From the NCBI GenBank assembly GCA_045659745.1, contig JAZRCL010000094.1:1-54403 (forward strand): DNA of 54,403 nt. The letters run 5' to 3'. This DNA is from Eubacteriales bacterium. Its GTDB lineage: Bacteria; Bacillota; Clostridia; Oscillospirales; CAG-272. Below the pieces are notes generated by a model, which had not been told where the DNA came from, searched no databases, and saw nothing but the letters and a program-made list of their open reading frames with translations. Positions 52,109-54,403 of the stretch are shown here, in pieces; positions within the stretch are counted from its first letter, which is position 1, and each line of letters starts with the position of its first letter. The translations under genes and the position numbers were made by a program.

Positions 52109-53269
52109 TCATCTTTTGAACCTTACCAGCATACTTATTCCGTCCGACAGTACCTGACCGAATACTTTTATTTCGTCCTCGGTGTTATATTCGCTAAGAC
52201 TGACTCTTATTGTGGAGTCAGCCTGCTCCTTTGTGAGTCCGAATCCAACAAGCGCACTTGAAATATGCTGAGAATGAGACGAGCAAGCCGAGCCCGCCGA
52301 CACGCATATTCCCTTCGCTGACAAAAAGTTGAGCATGGTCTCGCTCTTGATACTCGGCAGTCTTACACTGATAATATGCGGCGCGCGTTCGCCTGTGGGG
52401 GTATTTATCTGCGCGCCTGCGCGGATAATCTCCTCCTCGGCAAGCTGACGCAGGCCAATAATCTTTTCTCGGTTCTCTGAAAGATTATCAAAACCGACCT
52501 TAGCCGCCGCAGAAAAGCCTACTATGCCGAGAATGTTCTCCGTTCCCGAGCGCAGACCGCCCTCCTGACCGCCACCTATTATATAAGGTACTATTTTTCT
52601 CGTCTTTATTATCTCGGGCGATATGTAGAGCGCGCCAATACCCTTAGGTCCATGTATCTTATGCGCGCTAATACTTACAAAATCCGCCCCCAGCTTTTGA
52701 GGGTTAAAGGGAATCTTTAAGTATCCCTGCACCGCGTCACAATGAGTCACAACGTCGGGATTCTTTCTTTTAGCCGCAGAAAAAATCTTCTGAACGTCAT
52801 AGACCGCGCCCGTCTCGTTGTTGACCATCATCACGGACACAAGCAAAACTCCGCTATCCATTTGTTTTTCAAAGGTCTCAAAATCAAAAACTCCGCCGCG
52901 CGTGGATATTCTAACCACCTCAAAGCCGTCGCGCTCAAGCTTTTGCATAACGTTCTCTACTGACGGATGCTCCGAGTCCGTGGTTATTATTTTATTTCCC
53001 CTTCTCTTTTCCTTGGAATAAACACTTCCGAGAATAGCGAGATTGTTCGCCTCCGTACCCGATGACGTGAATATCACTCTCTGAGCCTCGCTCTTTTTGA
53101 GCCCGAGCGAGAGCGCGATATTCTCCCTTGCCTGCTCTATATGCTTTTTCGCTTCAAGCCCCAATGTATGTCTTGACGAGGGGTTTCCGTAAATATCAAG
53201 CATATCTGCAATACTCTGCTTTGAAGCTTGGCTAAGAGCCGTGGTTGCGCTGTTATCAAAATAAATCAT
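52109..53269 (-). CDS. nifS: Cysteine desulfurase (NifS/IscS-like, class V aminotransferase)
   Basis: PLP-lysine motif SISAHKIHGPKGIGALY and active-site cysteine loop SAGSACSS. N-terminus is MIYFDNSATT. Confidence 0.9.
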   Translation of the reverse strand: MIYFDNSATTALSQASKQSIADMLDIYGNPSSRHTLGLEAKKHIEQARENIALSLGLKKSEAQRVIFTSSGTEANNLAILGSVYSKEKRRGNKIITTDSEHPSVENVMQKLERDGFEVVRISTRGGVFDFETFEKQMDSGVLLVSVMMVNNETGAVYDVQKIFSAAKRKNPDVVTHCDAVQGYLKIPFNPQKLGADFVSISAHKIHGPKGIGALYISPEIIKTRKIVPYIIGGGQEGGLRSGTENILGIVGFSAAAKVGFDNLSENREKIIGLRQLAEEEIIRAGAQINTPTGERAPHIISVRLPSIKSETMLNFLSAKGICVSAGSACSSHSQHISSALVGFGLTKEQADSTIRVSLSEYNTEDEIKVFGQVLSDGISMLVRFKR

Positions 53270-53280
53270 TACAATTTTCC

Positions 53281-54372
53281 TTATTTTACGCTAAAATGCT
53301 CTATCATTTTATTTACGTCTGCAATATGAGCATCGTAATTTTCTGCGGTTGCAGTGTAAGTTATAACGTAGTATATCTCACCCTTGAGAATTATCACCTG
53401 CTTGAATTTGTACTCTACTCCACCGCTCTTGCCCGAGAATGTACCAATCCAGCTATCCTCAATACCCGCAACAGTCTGCGCAGAGCTTTCACCCTCTACA
53501 AAATCGGTCATAACGTTTTGATACTTCTGCATGCAGCCCTTCCAATACGTTTCAGTTGACTGTATACTACCCGTGGGCATAATGAACTGTACAGTGAGGT
53601 TTGATCTGTCCGTGGCGTAAACGTTGGTTATCTGACCGCTGTTGTCAACGTTCCAATCATTGGGTGCGAAAAGAATATAGGGTCTTTCCTTTGACGACGC
53701 AAGCTTCATTCCCTCTGGAGCATTAACCTTATCGTATTTTTTATTGTTCTTGGCAACGTATGCCTCGGCAAACTTGAAATATCCGATAATTCCAAGGTCC
53801 TCCTCGTCGGGGTTGCCATTCATATCAACAACTCTCTTGTCATAGTCGGCCTCGGGCGCGCAGAAAAGCAAGACGTACATCTGTCCGTTATGTATTGCCA
53901 TAATCTGCATAAACTTATAAGTGACGGGAACTACCTGCTCCGAATCGCCTATACCCGTATTCTTCTTGGCTGTGTAAATATATTTTCCCGCAGCCTCGCC
54001 GCCAAGCACCGTCGTGCCGCTCTCGTCCTCAATATATTTGAAGTCCGCAAGCTCCGCGGAAAGCTTCTGTGTGCAAATCTCCCAATATTCAGCAACAGAC
54101 TTACAACCCTTTGCGTCATCGGGAGTATAAACGCTCACATCGGTAGCAGGCTCACCGGTAGATTCACTTGAAAGCGCAAAATATGCGCTTGTGACTCCGC
54201 TACTTGTGTTAGACGCCCAGCCTTGCGTGGGAATATACAGGCGGAAGGTGTCGCCTTCTCTTGCGACAAGCTGATACCCGTCGGGAATATCCTTTTTGGA
54301 ACAACCCGAAAAGCTCAGCACCGATATAATTATACAAAGTGTCAAAATTAAAATTCCAACTCTTTTTTTCAA
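53281..54372 (-). CDS. Lipoprotein of unknown function
   Basis: Signal peptide with lipobox KKRVGILILTLCIIISVLSFSGC. TTG start with an AGAGG RBS. An 11-nt gap separates it from nifS (same operon). Confidence 0.65.
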   Translation of the reverse strand: MKKRVGILILTLCIIISVLSFSGCSKKDIPDGYQLVAREGDTFRLYIPTQGWASNTSSGVTSAYFALSSESTGEPATDVSVYTPDDAKGCKSVAEYWEICTQKLSAELADFKYIEDESGTTVLGGEAAGKYIYTAKKNTGIGDSEQVVPVTYKFMQIMAIHNGQMYVLLFCAPEADYDKRVVDMNGNPDEEDLGIIGYFKFAEAYVAKNNKKYDKVNAPEGMKLASSKERPYILFAPNDWNVDNSGQITNVYATDRSNLTVQFIMPTGSIQSTETYWKGCMQKYQNVMTDFVEGESSAQTVAGIEDSWIGTFSGKSGGVEYKFKQVIILKGEIYYVITYTATAENYDAHIADVNKMIEHFSVK

Positions 54373-54403
54373 TTTTATATACCTCTTTTTTTATTTCTGT
54401 CCG

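Overview
This is a 54.4-kb chromosomal segment of a moderately low-GC Firmicute that looks like Clostridia. Supporting signs are AddAB rather than RecBCD, a glgB-C-D-A-P glycogen operon that includes GlgD, a holB-ricT(yaaT)-yabB cluster, and many sigma-A promoters with TGnTATAAT extended -10 boxes. Most of the window is housekeeping. In order it holds: a GT2 fragment, rlmA, a PDZ/response-regulator/histidine-kinase operon, addBA, a DUF11 protein, eno, a 7-gene glycogen operon ending in a degenerate FolC-like gene, an ABC-like operon, holB-ricT, a small ferredoxin missed by the ORF track, two tRNA-modification genes, purC, several monocistronic membrane or enzyme genes, a five-gene Opp permease operon, a tRNA cluster (Val-Asp-Gly plus an atypical Cys-like tRNA), nifS/iscS-like, and two lipoproteins. 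I found no recognisable defence system, CRISPR array, integrase, transposase or prophage. The stretches most worth follow-up are these. (1) 25.4-28.5 kb: an ABC-type operon whose only ATPase has every catalytic motif degenerate, coupled to a GldF-GldG-like fusion. (2) 39.5-48.6 kb: an Opp system in which four of the five components carry large insertions. (3) 48.7-51.6 kb: an AT-rich non-coding stretch, three small membrane-protein genes each driven by a copy of the same promoter/5'UTR module, and tandem repeats derived from a tRNA 3' end next to an atypical tRNA-Cys-like gene. (4) A FolC-like protein with a destroyed P-loop at the end of the glycogen operon. All calls come from reading the sequence and translations by eye; no database search was possible.
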